Origin: Saprolegnia diclina VS20
Lineage: Eukaryota
Length of the DNA stretch: 20,000 bases
Assembly (NCBI RefSeq): GCF_000281045.1
Contig: NW_008246069.1
Location: 939,160 to 959,159 of the forward strand
Direction of reading: 5' to 3'
The translations under genes and the position numbers were made by a program. This document shows, in pieces, positions 9,597-19,516 of this stretch. The notes below the pieces were generated by a model. That model did no database searches, was not told the origin of the DNA, and saw nothing but the letters and a program-made list of their open reading frames with translations. Within the stretch, counting starts at the first letter, position 1. Each line of letters begins with the position of its first letter.

Positions 9597-12135
9597 ATGG
9601 ACTTGGTCGAGGTCGAGTACACGGTCGAGTTCCGCAGCAAGAGCTTTGGGCTGCGGCTCATGGCCGCGACCGAGAACGGGTCTGGCGCCGTCCTTGTGGG
9701 CTTCACGACGGAGCCCCGCCCGAGCATGCGCGACCTCCCGCCGTTCCGCTACCAGTTGCACTCGCTCGGCGCCATTGCGCTCACGGCGATGCCCTTCAGG
9801 ACGATTGTGACCACGCTCGCCAAGCATGACACGTACCCCGTCGTACGCATCGCTGCCACCTCGTTGATGCGGCCGCTCACGTCGCGCTAGATGATCCGGT
9901 TCATCTCGTGCCCCATGGCGTGCGAGCTCGCGTTCCCGACCAAGCACAAGAAACTCAACCTGATCGTCGAGGAATCGGGTAGGTGCATATCCTCTCTCTT
10001 CATGAACCGAAAGAGCATGCAGTCATCTAGGTGATCGGCTGCGTATCACCGAGTACTCGAGGCCGTTCCGGACACAGAGCCCGATCCCAAGCATCGCCCT
10101 CGGAAGCCACTACATTGCAGCCATCAATGGCACCGCCGCTTCGACGTCACAGGAGGTACGACCTCTCCAGCATGCTTGCGATGCTGTACAGAGGATGTAC
10201 ATGCAGGCCACTGCGCTCCTACGCACCAAGACGTCGTTTCCAGCCGTACTACGATGCATGCCATTGCAAATGTCCAAGATGCCATCCTCTTGCCCATAGA
10301 TTGTGCACGTGTCGATCGAGCAAGACGAAGAAAGCGCTGCGATCCAAGCCAGGCTCTTGAGCGGCCGCGCCACGCGGCAGTCCTCGAGCAGCCCGCCACC
10401 AGCCAAGCGGTTGCGGCCCTCGGTGGCAGCACCACCGACGCTGCCATCGACGTCGATCGACAACCCAATTGTGCTTTCCGACTCGTCAGACGCCGCAGAG
10501 GCCACGCCCTCGGCCCCGGTCTCGAGCCTCTTGACGCGCGGCCAGGCCGTGCGCTCGCTCTTTGGCGTCGGGATCATTCACCATGTTGCCTACAACGCGG
10601 CAGCACCGAGCGCGAGCATCGTTACGGTGCACTTGCCCCATGGCGGCCTCGGCTATTTCAACCGGGAAAGCTTGCACTGCGTCGACGAGGTGCCGTGTGC
10701 GACGTACATCAAGCGGCGCGCCAAGGTACGCCGCCCAAACGATGCAAGAGACGAGTCGCTACAACGTAGTGGGTCTAGGGCCAAGTCGTCTTGACGTACG
10801 GCGACGTGGGGCGGCTCGCTGACGGGCGGCTCTTCAACGACTCGATCTTGGACTTTTACCTAAGGTACACACACTCCATGTAAGCACTCGATACGACAAA
10901 TGACTGTAGCTATCTGTACGATGCGCTGCCGCTGACGCACGCCACGTACATCTGCAGCTCGTTCCTCTTTGGCACGTTCCAGCAAGCGCGCAAGACCGGG
11001 CTCGACGCCGCGCACGCGGCCGTGACGCGCTGGACCAAGGCCGTCGACCTCTTCCAGACCAAGTACCTGGTCGTGCCCATCAACGAGACGTACGTACGTC
11101 CATGGCGTAGTACGCCTGATGCGAGTGGGATGTAGCGGTCACTGGAGCGTCGCCATTGTGTGCAATTTGAGCCGGTTTGTCCAAGCTACTGTGTGCAACT
11201 GCAGTCTCTTTCGCCCCGAAGTGGTGTGTTCGCCGACGATCTGCACCATGTGCCACCGTCCGCGCGACATGCAGCAAGAGCGGAACGACAATGTGTGCAT
11301 CGTCATGCTGGACTCGCTCAAGTGCCATCGGACAGCGCGCATCACAAAGTTTCTTCGCGAGTAGGCGTCTCGTACTTACATGTCGCATCGTATGTATGAC
11401 GAGTAGGTATCTGCAGCTCGAGTGGGACACGACCCATCGCGATGTGCATGGACCGCTGACCTTCAACCAGAAAGTGCTGCCGGCCGTCGTTCCGCCCTGG
11501 GTATATCCCGTAACTCCAATGGCATGATGTAGAAGAAATGGTAGATTCCGCGCCAGACCAACAACTGCGACTGCGGCGTGTTTGTGCTGCAGTACGTGGA
11601 GCTTTTCTTACGGCGCCCGCCGCGCCTCAATGCCGAGTTTCTTTTGGCCAAGCGCACGAAAGCCGCGGCCGCCAGCCTTTCGCTCGTCAGCAACGAGACG
11701 GTGCTCGACGCCACTTGGTTTGACGACGCCGCGATCCCCGCCAAGCGACGGCAACTCGAACGCCTCGTGCACGATCCACGCGTCGTGCAGCTGCATGCGA
11801 CTCCGTTAGTGGTCGACAGGCGCTCGGCGTTTCCTGTGCCACCAACGACATTGGCTCATGACTCGGCCGATGGTGTCGCAACCGCTTCCTCGATCGTGGA
11901 GGAAGAGAAGTCGATGACGCTGCGTGGCGCGTCCTCGAAGGATAACGACGCGATGCTGGACGTACCTGAAACCCACGGGCTCCAGGACGACACGCTCCAG
12001 GACGTCGTGAACGGCGCGCGTCTTCTCGTTGTCCACGAAAAGCCGGTCGAGATGAGCCTCGAACCCAGTACCGTACCAGCAGCAGCCACCGCCAATCGAG
12101 CAGTATCAAGTGTTGGGGCGCTTGGTGCATCGTAA
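9597..12135 (+). CDS. Ulp1/SENP family (peptidase C48) SUMO protease, Ulp2/SENP6-7-like, with N-terminal PDZ-like domains
   Basis: Spliced product contains DVGRLADGRLFNDSILDFYL, VTRWTKAVDLFQTKYLVVPINE, GHWSVAIV (His 11140-11142), MLDSL (Asp 11311-11313) and PRQTNNCDCGVFVLQYVE (Cys 11572-11574). About 9 short GT-AG introns (e.g. 9843-9890, 9979-10030). Confidence 0.92.
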
Positions 12136-12171
12136 GCAAATACAAAGCGTCATGTTGCGTAAGGGATGTAG

Positions 12172-13546
12172 CTACTTGCGGCCCGCGCCATGGTCCTTGA
12201 CGACGTCGAGAAGCGGGCGCAGGCGCTTGCGAATGTCGAGGTCGGTCACCAAGTCGTCGAGCACCTCTTCTACTTCATGCTTAGCGAGAAGCATCCAAAT
12301 CGTATGGCAGTAGAGGACCTTGGATGACACGCAGGTCCTGCCGAGCCTCGGCGGTCGCCACATACGCCGTCTACTCGCATACGAGCGTCAGCCCACGCGA
12401 CAAGCGACGTCACATAACGTACGGGGTGCGTCTGGAAGTCTTCCGAGTCGCAGATTTGCGCCAGCACCTCGGCCGTCACGAGCACGTCGTCGGGCTATCG
12501 TCATGCGTTCAAGGTTGAGGAGACCACCCAGCTCCAGTACCGAAAACGACGTGTGGTTGTGCTGCAGATGCCAGAGCACGAGCTCAAACACTTGGCGTTC
12601 TTGGAGCAGTGGCATGATGCTACGTAGCAAATGGAAGGTGACGACGCGCCAAGGCTTTTCGTCGTCGATACCGGGACTCGCCAATGTCATCGAGTCGCTT
12701 CATGAGGCCATGGAGGTAGTAGAGCACGATGACCTCTTGGCAGTCTTCGAGGTCCTTGGTCTTGAAAAACTAGATGCAGTTAGTTAGTTGAGCGATACGA
12801 CCAGCATGAAGCGACCTCGGGCTCTTCGTGGCAAAAGGTAAGGACGGACGCAATGTACTCGACCAGCAGCGGAAGGTCCGTCGTCTACCACACATCATGC
12901 GCCACAGAGAGGAGGACGATGCTAGTACCTGCAGCGCTTCGACGTGGAGCCATGCGTTCTTGAGCATGACGCCGAGACCGCGCTCAAACTTGAGGAGGAG
13001 GTCCTTTGCTTCGGCCTGTACCATGAGAGGAATGAGGAGAAGAAGGGGTATCTTGAAGGGGCGTGTACGTCAAAGTCGCGGCCGAGCGTGTTGCGCTCGT
13101 ACTCCTTGTACTCGACGAGAAGGCGGAGGCAGAGGTTGAGCTTGCCGTCTTCGAGGATGTACCTGCGCTGCATGAGCTTCTCGTCGTCGTCAAGGCGCTA
13201 CCGCAATGCGAGCTCTTCGCACTCCCACAAGGTCGCGTTCTCCTGCTTGGGCAGCTGGCGCTCCTGGCATGACGAGGGTGAGGAGGAGGAGCATGATGCT
13301 GCGGGAGGTCGTACCATCTCCGAGATCTCGCCAAAGCGCGTCATGTTGTGGGCCATTTCCTTCCACTCGGTCGAGAGAATGGGGTAATCGCCCTGGTAGA
13401 GAAACCCCGGGTTTAGTTAGTCGAATGGGTAGAGTTAGTCGCACCAGAAACCGAATGTGGTTGCGGAGGTCGGCTGTGAGCTTGGCTGTGAGCTTCTCGA
13501 TCGAGTCGGCGTCGCTCGACTTTTCGTACCGGCCCAAGCGCGACAT
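12172..13546 (-). CDS. Multi-exon hypothetical protein (alpha-helical)
   Basis: ATG 13546 (MSRLGRYEKSSDADSIEKL). Exons encode GDYPILSTEWKEMA, LWECEELALRYILEDGKLNLCLRLLVEYKEYER, FERGLGVMLKNAWLHVEALQ and end with DIRKRLRPLLDVVKDHGAGRK*. Strong GC3 codon bias and short GT-AG introns. Family not recognised. Confidence 0.75.
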
Positions 13547-13754
13547 GGTGGATTGCACTCTGGCTTTAGTCGAAACCCACGGTCCGTTTCAGAAACTGGC
13601 GGCTTCCAGATTTGGCAACGACACCAGACTCCAGACGACGTGAGCGGGTCCTGCCTCCTGCCTGCTCGTCTCTGCTTGGTCCACTGGGACGCCACGTAAT
13701 GGATCTCTGAGGACAGGAGGAGGATGGCGCGAGGGTCATTGCATATTGGTCTGC

Positions 13755-14707
13755 TTAGCGGTGGCTATAACCGTAGAACGACGTTGGCGGCGCCTTGGTG
13801 CGCTCGTCGTACGTGGCGGCCGAGGGTGGCGGGCGCGTCGCTTGATGCAGAAAGGGTAGGTACTGCTGCGCTGGCGCCGTCTGTGCGTGAACGCATTGCA
13901 TGGCCTCGTCGAGTTGCCGGCGCGTGCTGGTCATGAGCGCCATCTCTTTGGCCTCGAGGTCGCGCTGCTGGAGGAGCGTGACGTGGTCGCGGTGCGTCGG
14001 GTGGTAGTAAATCTCGAACGAAGCCGCGCGACATCGGTGCAAGAGGCTGTCAAAGTAGAGCTGCATACGGGGCATGTGGAAGCTCGACGTGATCACGCGC
14101 ACGATACCGACGCGCAAGTGCGTCAAGAGCGGCAAGAGCGTCAGAATGTTCTCGATCGTGTTGGCCTACATCGTGTGTCCCTGCGACTGTACACCAAGGC
14201 GGGCCGTACCGCGTTGCAGTCCAAGAGCACGTGATGGGGCGACACGCCGCGTTGCACCAAGTGGTTGCGAGCGACTTCGCACTCCAAGGCGCCTTCTTCG
14301 CTGCCGTCGCCGCCGAACGGCACGACGTAGCAGGTTGACCCTTCTTGCTGCACGATCGAGTGGTACAGTGGCAGCGCGGTCTCGATGCGCTGGCTGAGCC
14401 ATGGCCCCGGCAGGTTCGCGCGGCCCAACGGCCCGCCGAGCACGACGATCGCTTGCGCCTGCTGCAAATGACTCGGCTCGATGCGCTCGCCTTCCGGGAT
14501 CGTGTCCAAGTTGGGCGAAATCGCGGGGTGCCGAGGCTCGACGTGCGAGGCTTTGGTGCCGGCGCCGTCGACGCGCAAGCCGGACCGGAAGAGGTCGAGG
14601 CCCACGGCGGCGAGCAGCTTTGTCTGCTCGCTGCTGCGCTGGTGCGCCCCAGTGACTAGAAGGCGGCCGCTGTCTTGGCGCAGGCCGCTCACCTTGCGAG
14701 GTCGCAT
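13755..14707 (-). CDS. DUF218 (YdcF/ElyC/SanA-like) domain protein
   Basis: Exons 14707-14210 and 14165-13755 with a 44-bp intron. DUF218 motifs AIVVLGG, RIETALPLY, GG..E.EVARNHLVQRGV, NTIENI and VITSSFHMPR. Confidence 0.85.
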
Positions 14708-15263
14708 CCTGCCACCAGCAACGAAATCTAGAACCTCGGATCCTCCCGTGCCGATTTTAAGCCGTCGAAGAATTTATTCCGATTTCAGCATGATTTTCTT
14801 CTATCAAGGTGTCAAGTTGCCAAATGCTCTATGTTACTGGCATTGAAATGGGCCAGCTACGTAGGCTCACAAGGACACGACCCGAGATACCCATGCTAGC
14901 CAGGGTGTCTCGGACGCCCTGCGCGACCTTGCCACGCTGCCGATTCGACTACGTCAGCGCCGCAACTTGCCCGTCATGGTTTGAGCGCCTCCAGATCCAA
15001 CAGCCCTCTGCAGTCTGGCCACTACAGCGAGGTTTCGGGGACAACCCGAGGCAGTTGTCGCCGCACGCTGCCCCGTTGCTACCAACCAGGTAGTTCGAGA
15101 CGTCCTCTGCATCGAGCCGCTCGTCGCCTCGTAGCCAACGAACGGTCGAGACACTTGACGTGGTGTCCTCGCTACCATGTACTACGGACTACTTCTCCTT
15201 TTCGAGTTACGAGGAATACGCCACCAACTTGCATCTACCAGTGTAAGGATAGTCTTTTTGGGA

Positions 15264-16343
15264 TTACAGCGTCGGCAGCGGGACCTTGCTGTAGAGCATC
15301 ACGGGGCGGGACCAGTTCGTTTTGCCGAGCGGTGTCTTGTACGGGAAGAGGTCGCTCAGGTGCTTATCAATGACGTCGACGACCGTGTGCGTGATCTGAA
15401 TGGCCCTGAAGGACGCGGGGATCGTGTGGTGCAGCCGCTGCAGCCGGCGCGTCGCGGTCTTGTAGCATTTCCACGGCTGCGGTTCTAGAATGAGGTGCGT
15501 CGTCTTGGCCGAAACGAGGTTGAGAAAGTTGAGCAAGCCCGCGTCGCCATGGTGTAAGTGGATCCACATGGTGATGCTAAAGCACGAGATGAGATCAAAC
15601 GTCTTGCCTTCCGTCTCGGAGAGGAACGCGTCGCAGAGCGCGGCGAGGCGCCCGCCCTCCATGACGTCGGCCACTTGAAACGTCAGCGACATATCGGAGG
15701 GGGCGAGCGCGGCCGCCCGACCGATGAGCTCGGCATCGACATCGATCCCGAGCGTGCGCAAGTCGACGTTCGAGCTTGTTGGTTCGGCGGCCGTCACCGG
15801 TGCAACGGTTGTCGGCGCGTCGTCGGATGGCGAGGCGATGGCGGCCAGCCGCGCGAGCGCCTCGGCGGCGGCTTTGGCCTTGGCCACCTTCTTGGAGACG
15901 CCGTCGCCGGCCCCAAAGAAGACGTTGGCGATAAAGACGTGCAACACAAAGTGCTTGCGATGGCCAAACCCGCCGTCTTCGATCGTCACGTACGTGGGGG
16001 CGACATGATGCTTTTGGATCGCTTCGTTGAGCTCGCTAATGCTGTCGACCGAGAACGTCGTCGTCGTCGCGGGTGCAACCGGCAGTGCGCCGCTCACGAG
16101 CGCTCGGTGCACGGCCTGCGTGAGCTTGCCTACAGCGACGCAGGCTAGGTACGGTCCTACAAGAAACACGCTACCTTCGTTGCAGCCAATGTCAAGGTAG
16201 TAGGCGCGCCGCCCGCTCAAGAGGCTGCAGAGACCGGCGCGAACGCTTGGCGAGAGGAACCGGAGCCGCTCCGACTCGGGGTTGAACTCGTAGTAGTCAT
16301 GGAAGTTGCCAAAGACGTGCTCGACGGCGAGGTCCGCGTCCAT
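15264..16343 (-). CDS. BCDIN3D: Bin3-type SAM-dependent RNA methyltransferase (BCDIN3D-like) with an internal dsRNA-binding domain
   Basis: Bin3 family motifs FGNFHDYYEFNP, LDIGCNEG, LGIDVDAELIGRA, FDLISCFSITMWIHLHHGDAGL and LILEPQPWKCYKTA. Probable in-frame 45-bp intron 16130-16174. dsRBD at ~15846-16046. ATG 16343. Confidence 0.88.
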   Translation of the reverse strand: MDADLAVEHVFGNFHDYYEFNPESERLRFLSPSVRAGLCSLLSGRRAYYLDIGCNEGSVFLVGPYLACVAVGKLTQAVHRALVSGALPVAPATTTTFSVDSISELNEAIQKHHVAPTYVTIEDGGFGHRKHFVLHVFIANVFFGAGDGVSKKVAKAKAAAEALARLAAIASPSDDAPTTVAPVTAAEPTSSNVDLRTLGIDVDAELIGRAAALAPSDMSLTFQVADVMEGGRLAALCDAFLSETEGKTFDLISCFSITMWIHLHHGDAGLLNFLNLVSAKTTHLILEPQPWKCYKTATRRLQRLHHTIPASFRAIQITHTVVDVIDKHLSDLFPYKTPLGKTNWSRPVMLYSKVPLPTL

Positions 16344-16549
16344 CGCGGCCACCAAACTGAGCAACGACCGCGTGATTGGGCAAACAACAGCCAATCAGCG
16401 TCGGCCCTGCGAAAGGGCAACTTCAGCTTCAGAATCCTGGACGGGCTCCAACAACACTGGGCTCAGCCGTACTCGACTGTACCACCTCGTGGCTCATCGA
16501 CGGCCAGCACTGCAGATGCATACAACCACCGCGTCATTGTTGAATGTAG

Positions 16550-18069
16550 TTATGGGGCGGCGGACGGCTGCTGCGGCGCGCGCTGCGGCATGAGCACGCC
16601 GTACGCACCGAGCGGACCCATGGCGGAGATGGACACGCCATGGTTGGCTTCGATATCGGCCGTCGCACTGGCAATGCTCACGCCCTTGAACGCGTCCGAG
16701 CCCGTCTTGGCCGCAATCGCCAGCTCGTCCTTGCCATTGACGCTGCCGCGACAGAGAGGCGACGGCGCACTGCACGTGTTGAAGACAACCTTGGTGGACG
16801 GCAAAGTGCCCGCCCATGGCTTGGCCAGCATCAAGGACGGCAGCGACACCGACTAGCGACTAAGTGATGAGACGTTGTAGTCGAATTTGACAAAGACGCA
16901 CCGAGTGGCGGCCAAAGAGCTGCAGGCTCACGAAGTCGATGCTTCCTGCCATGTCGGGGTTGAAGCAGCGGTACGTACCGGACGCGTCACTGGCCGACTT
17001 GCAGCCAGTATACGTTTTCTATCCATCGATCGTCCATCTTTTGCTTTCCAGTAACGTGGGGCGTCGTACCGAGGTTGTGTCGAAGGCCGACGCCAGCTCT
17101 TCCCACGACAGCGTCAAGCGCGGCGCGTCACCGGACGCTGCGTCCAGCGCCTTGCGGAGCGCTGCCATGTACTTGACTGCTGTCGGGCTATAGTTGGACT
17201 TCCAGTCGCCGTTGTTGCTCTTGTCGTTGCCACCGACGTCGACGATGTGCACACCGTCCATCTTGGACCTGGCAACACATATATGAGGCCATGGGACGCC
17301 ATGTCGGGATCGCAGACTTGGTGACATGGGCGACGACGGAGGCGACAAAGGCATCGATCTTGGCGTCGCTCGTTAGCACTGATGCGAACGACGTCGACGG
17401 GTCGCCGATGACGGCGATCTGCTTGATGCAACGCGACCGCATCTCCAGCATGCAGCGCGAGATGCGCGTGTTGGCGTCCGGGAGCGTCGGCTTGACGATG
17501 GCGCCTGTCGCCGGATCGAGCGTTGCGGCCGACCACATGATATGTGTGGCGAAGCGCAGATCGGGTTGCAGAAGCAGCTACAAGTACGGTCGCATGAGCC
17601 TTCGAGGCCTATGCTACTAGTACGTACGCTGCGGCACTCTTTCGAGGCGTCCCAGTGCAACGCAAAGATGCGGTCCTCGGCGACGAGCGGCGAGCACTGG
17701 TAGCAGTCGTTGTGCAGCGGGTCAAAGAACTGACCGCGCGGGCACTTGGATGCCTTATTGCGGAGCTCGCGCCACGTCATCTTGTGGTTGATGGCCATGC
17801 AGCCGCCCTGGAGCACATCGGGGTCGTTGAACTGGATGCGCGTGAGGTTGCCCGTGAACTCGTCGAGCCAGCCCTCTTGGTACGAGAAGGCGCCCGAGTA
17901 GAGGAGTGTGCCAATGGCAAAGACTACAGGAATGGTATCGCATGAGGTTTGGGTCGATGCAGTACGTCGACGTACGCGCTACAGGCAGCGGCCACCAGTG
18001 GAAGCCGGCCGAGTCCTCCGAGATGTACCAGCGCTTGGCCTCGGCCTTGGTCGACGGCAGCTCCTTCAT
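16550..18069 (-). CDS. GH18 (chitinase-like) TIM-barrel protein with an N-terminal membrane anchor; catalytic motif degenerate
   Basis: Introns 17924-17975, 17578-17627, 17269-17317, ~17019-17069 and ~16854-16901. Product has the hydrophobic segment WWPLPVALFAIGTLLYSGAF, a Cys-rich CPRGQFFDPLHNDCYQC, then GH18-like THIMWSAATLDP, KQIAVIGD, DAFVASVVAHVTKSKMDGVHIVD, YMAALRKALD..LTLS, IDFVSLQLF and PSTKVV. Confidence 0.7.
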
Positions 18070-18605
18070 GCTTGGTTGTGGCCAGGTGGCAGAGCCAGCG
18101 AGTTACTGTCATTGCAACCCGGCCCCATGAAATATTTTCCCTGGATACATCCTCCATACAAATGAAAGGATATTAATATTCAAAGGAGACTGCTTCGACT
18201 GTGTCCGGAGCGACGATATCCGGATTTAGGTACTTTATAAGCGAATTACCACTTGAGTAATATTTCACAGTGGAGCACGCATATATTGAGAATATTGACA
18301 GGAATATTTCGCCACGCTGCGCCGATCGCACATGGTGTCGAGCAGACCCGAAGCCAGGAAAGTGGATATGCCGTAGCTCATGCCGTGCCTCGCTATGCAT
18401 CCTATCTATAGCGGGCATCGCGCTGGGCTTGCCTTCACTGCGAGGCGCGAGACCCGCAGATAGGCTGATGAATATTCAATATATTGACGTCAGAGCGCGC
18501 TCAAGGAGACCCTGGAAAGGACGTTTGCGCCTCCTTTCCAACCGACTGAGAGTTGCGAGCACGAGAGTTGCGTGGTCGGTCGTCCGCTGGTGCGCTGCGT
18601 GTTTT

Positions 18606-19435
18606 NNNNNNNNNNNNNNNNNNNNNNNNNNNNNNNNNNNNNNNNNNNNNNNNNNNNNNNNNNNNNNNNNNNNNNNNNNNNNNNNNNNNNNNNNNNNNNN
18701 NNNNNNNNNNNNNNNNNNNNNNNNNNNNNNNNNNNNNNNNNNNNNNNNNNNNNNNNNNNNNNNNNNNNNNNNNNNNNNNNNNNNNNNNNNNNNNNNNNNN
18801 NNNNNNNNNNNNNNNNNNNNNNNNNNNNNNNNNNNNNNNNNNNNNNNNNNNNNNNNNNNNNNNNNNNNNNNNNNNNNNNNNNNNNNNNNNNNNNNNNNNN
18901 NNNNNNNNNNNNNNNNNNNNNNNNNNNNNNNNNNNNNNNNNNNNNNNNNNNNNNNNNNNNNNNNNNNNNNNNNNNNNNNNNNNNNNNNNNNNNNNNNNNN
19001 NNNNNNNNNNNNNNNNNNNNNNNNNNNNNNNNNNNNNNNNNNNNNNNNNNNNNNNNNNNNNNNNNNNNNNNNNNNNNNNNNNNNNNNNNNNNNNNNNNNN
19101 NNNNNNNNNNNNNNNNNNNNNNNNNNNNNNNNNNNNNNNNNNNNNNNNNNNNNNNNNNNNNNNNNNNNNNNNNNNNNNNNNNNNNNNNNNNNNNNNNNNN
19201 NNNNNNNNNNNNNNNNNNNNNNNNNNNNNNNNNNNNNNNNNNNNNNNNNNNNNNNNNNNNNNNNNNNNNNNNNNNNNNNNNNNNNNNNNNNNNNNNNNNN
19301 NNNNNNNNNNNNNNNNNNNNNNNNNNNNNNNNNNNNNNNNNNNNNNNNNNNNNNNNNNNNNNNNNNNNNNNNNNNNNNNNNNNNNNNNNNNNNNNNNNNN
19401 NNNNNNNNNNNNNNNNNNNNNNNNNNNNNNNNNNN
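18606..19435. other. Assembly gap (N run)
   Basis: Continuous N bases. Confidence 1.
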
Positions 19436-19516
19436 CGCCTGTCGGTCGCTTACCGCTCCCGGTGCATGGACACTTGCGGAAGCGCAATCAGGGGCGCTGA
19501 TCGTGCCAGGTTCGTG

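Noticed and set aside
14809..15250. Short ORFs between the DUF218 and BCDIN3D-like genes
   Set aside because: No coding bias, motifs or consistent splice structure.
1..18069. Functional cluster or prokaryotic-type system (operon, CRISPR, defence island)
   Set aside because: Intron-rich eukaryotic genes of unrelated function; no repeat-spacer array; adjacency alone is not evidence.
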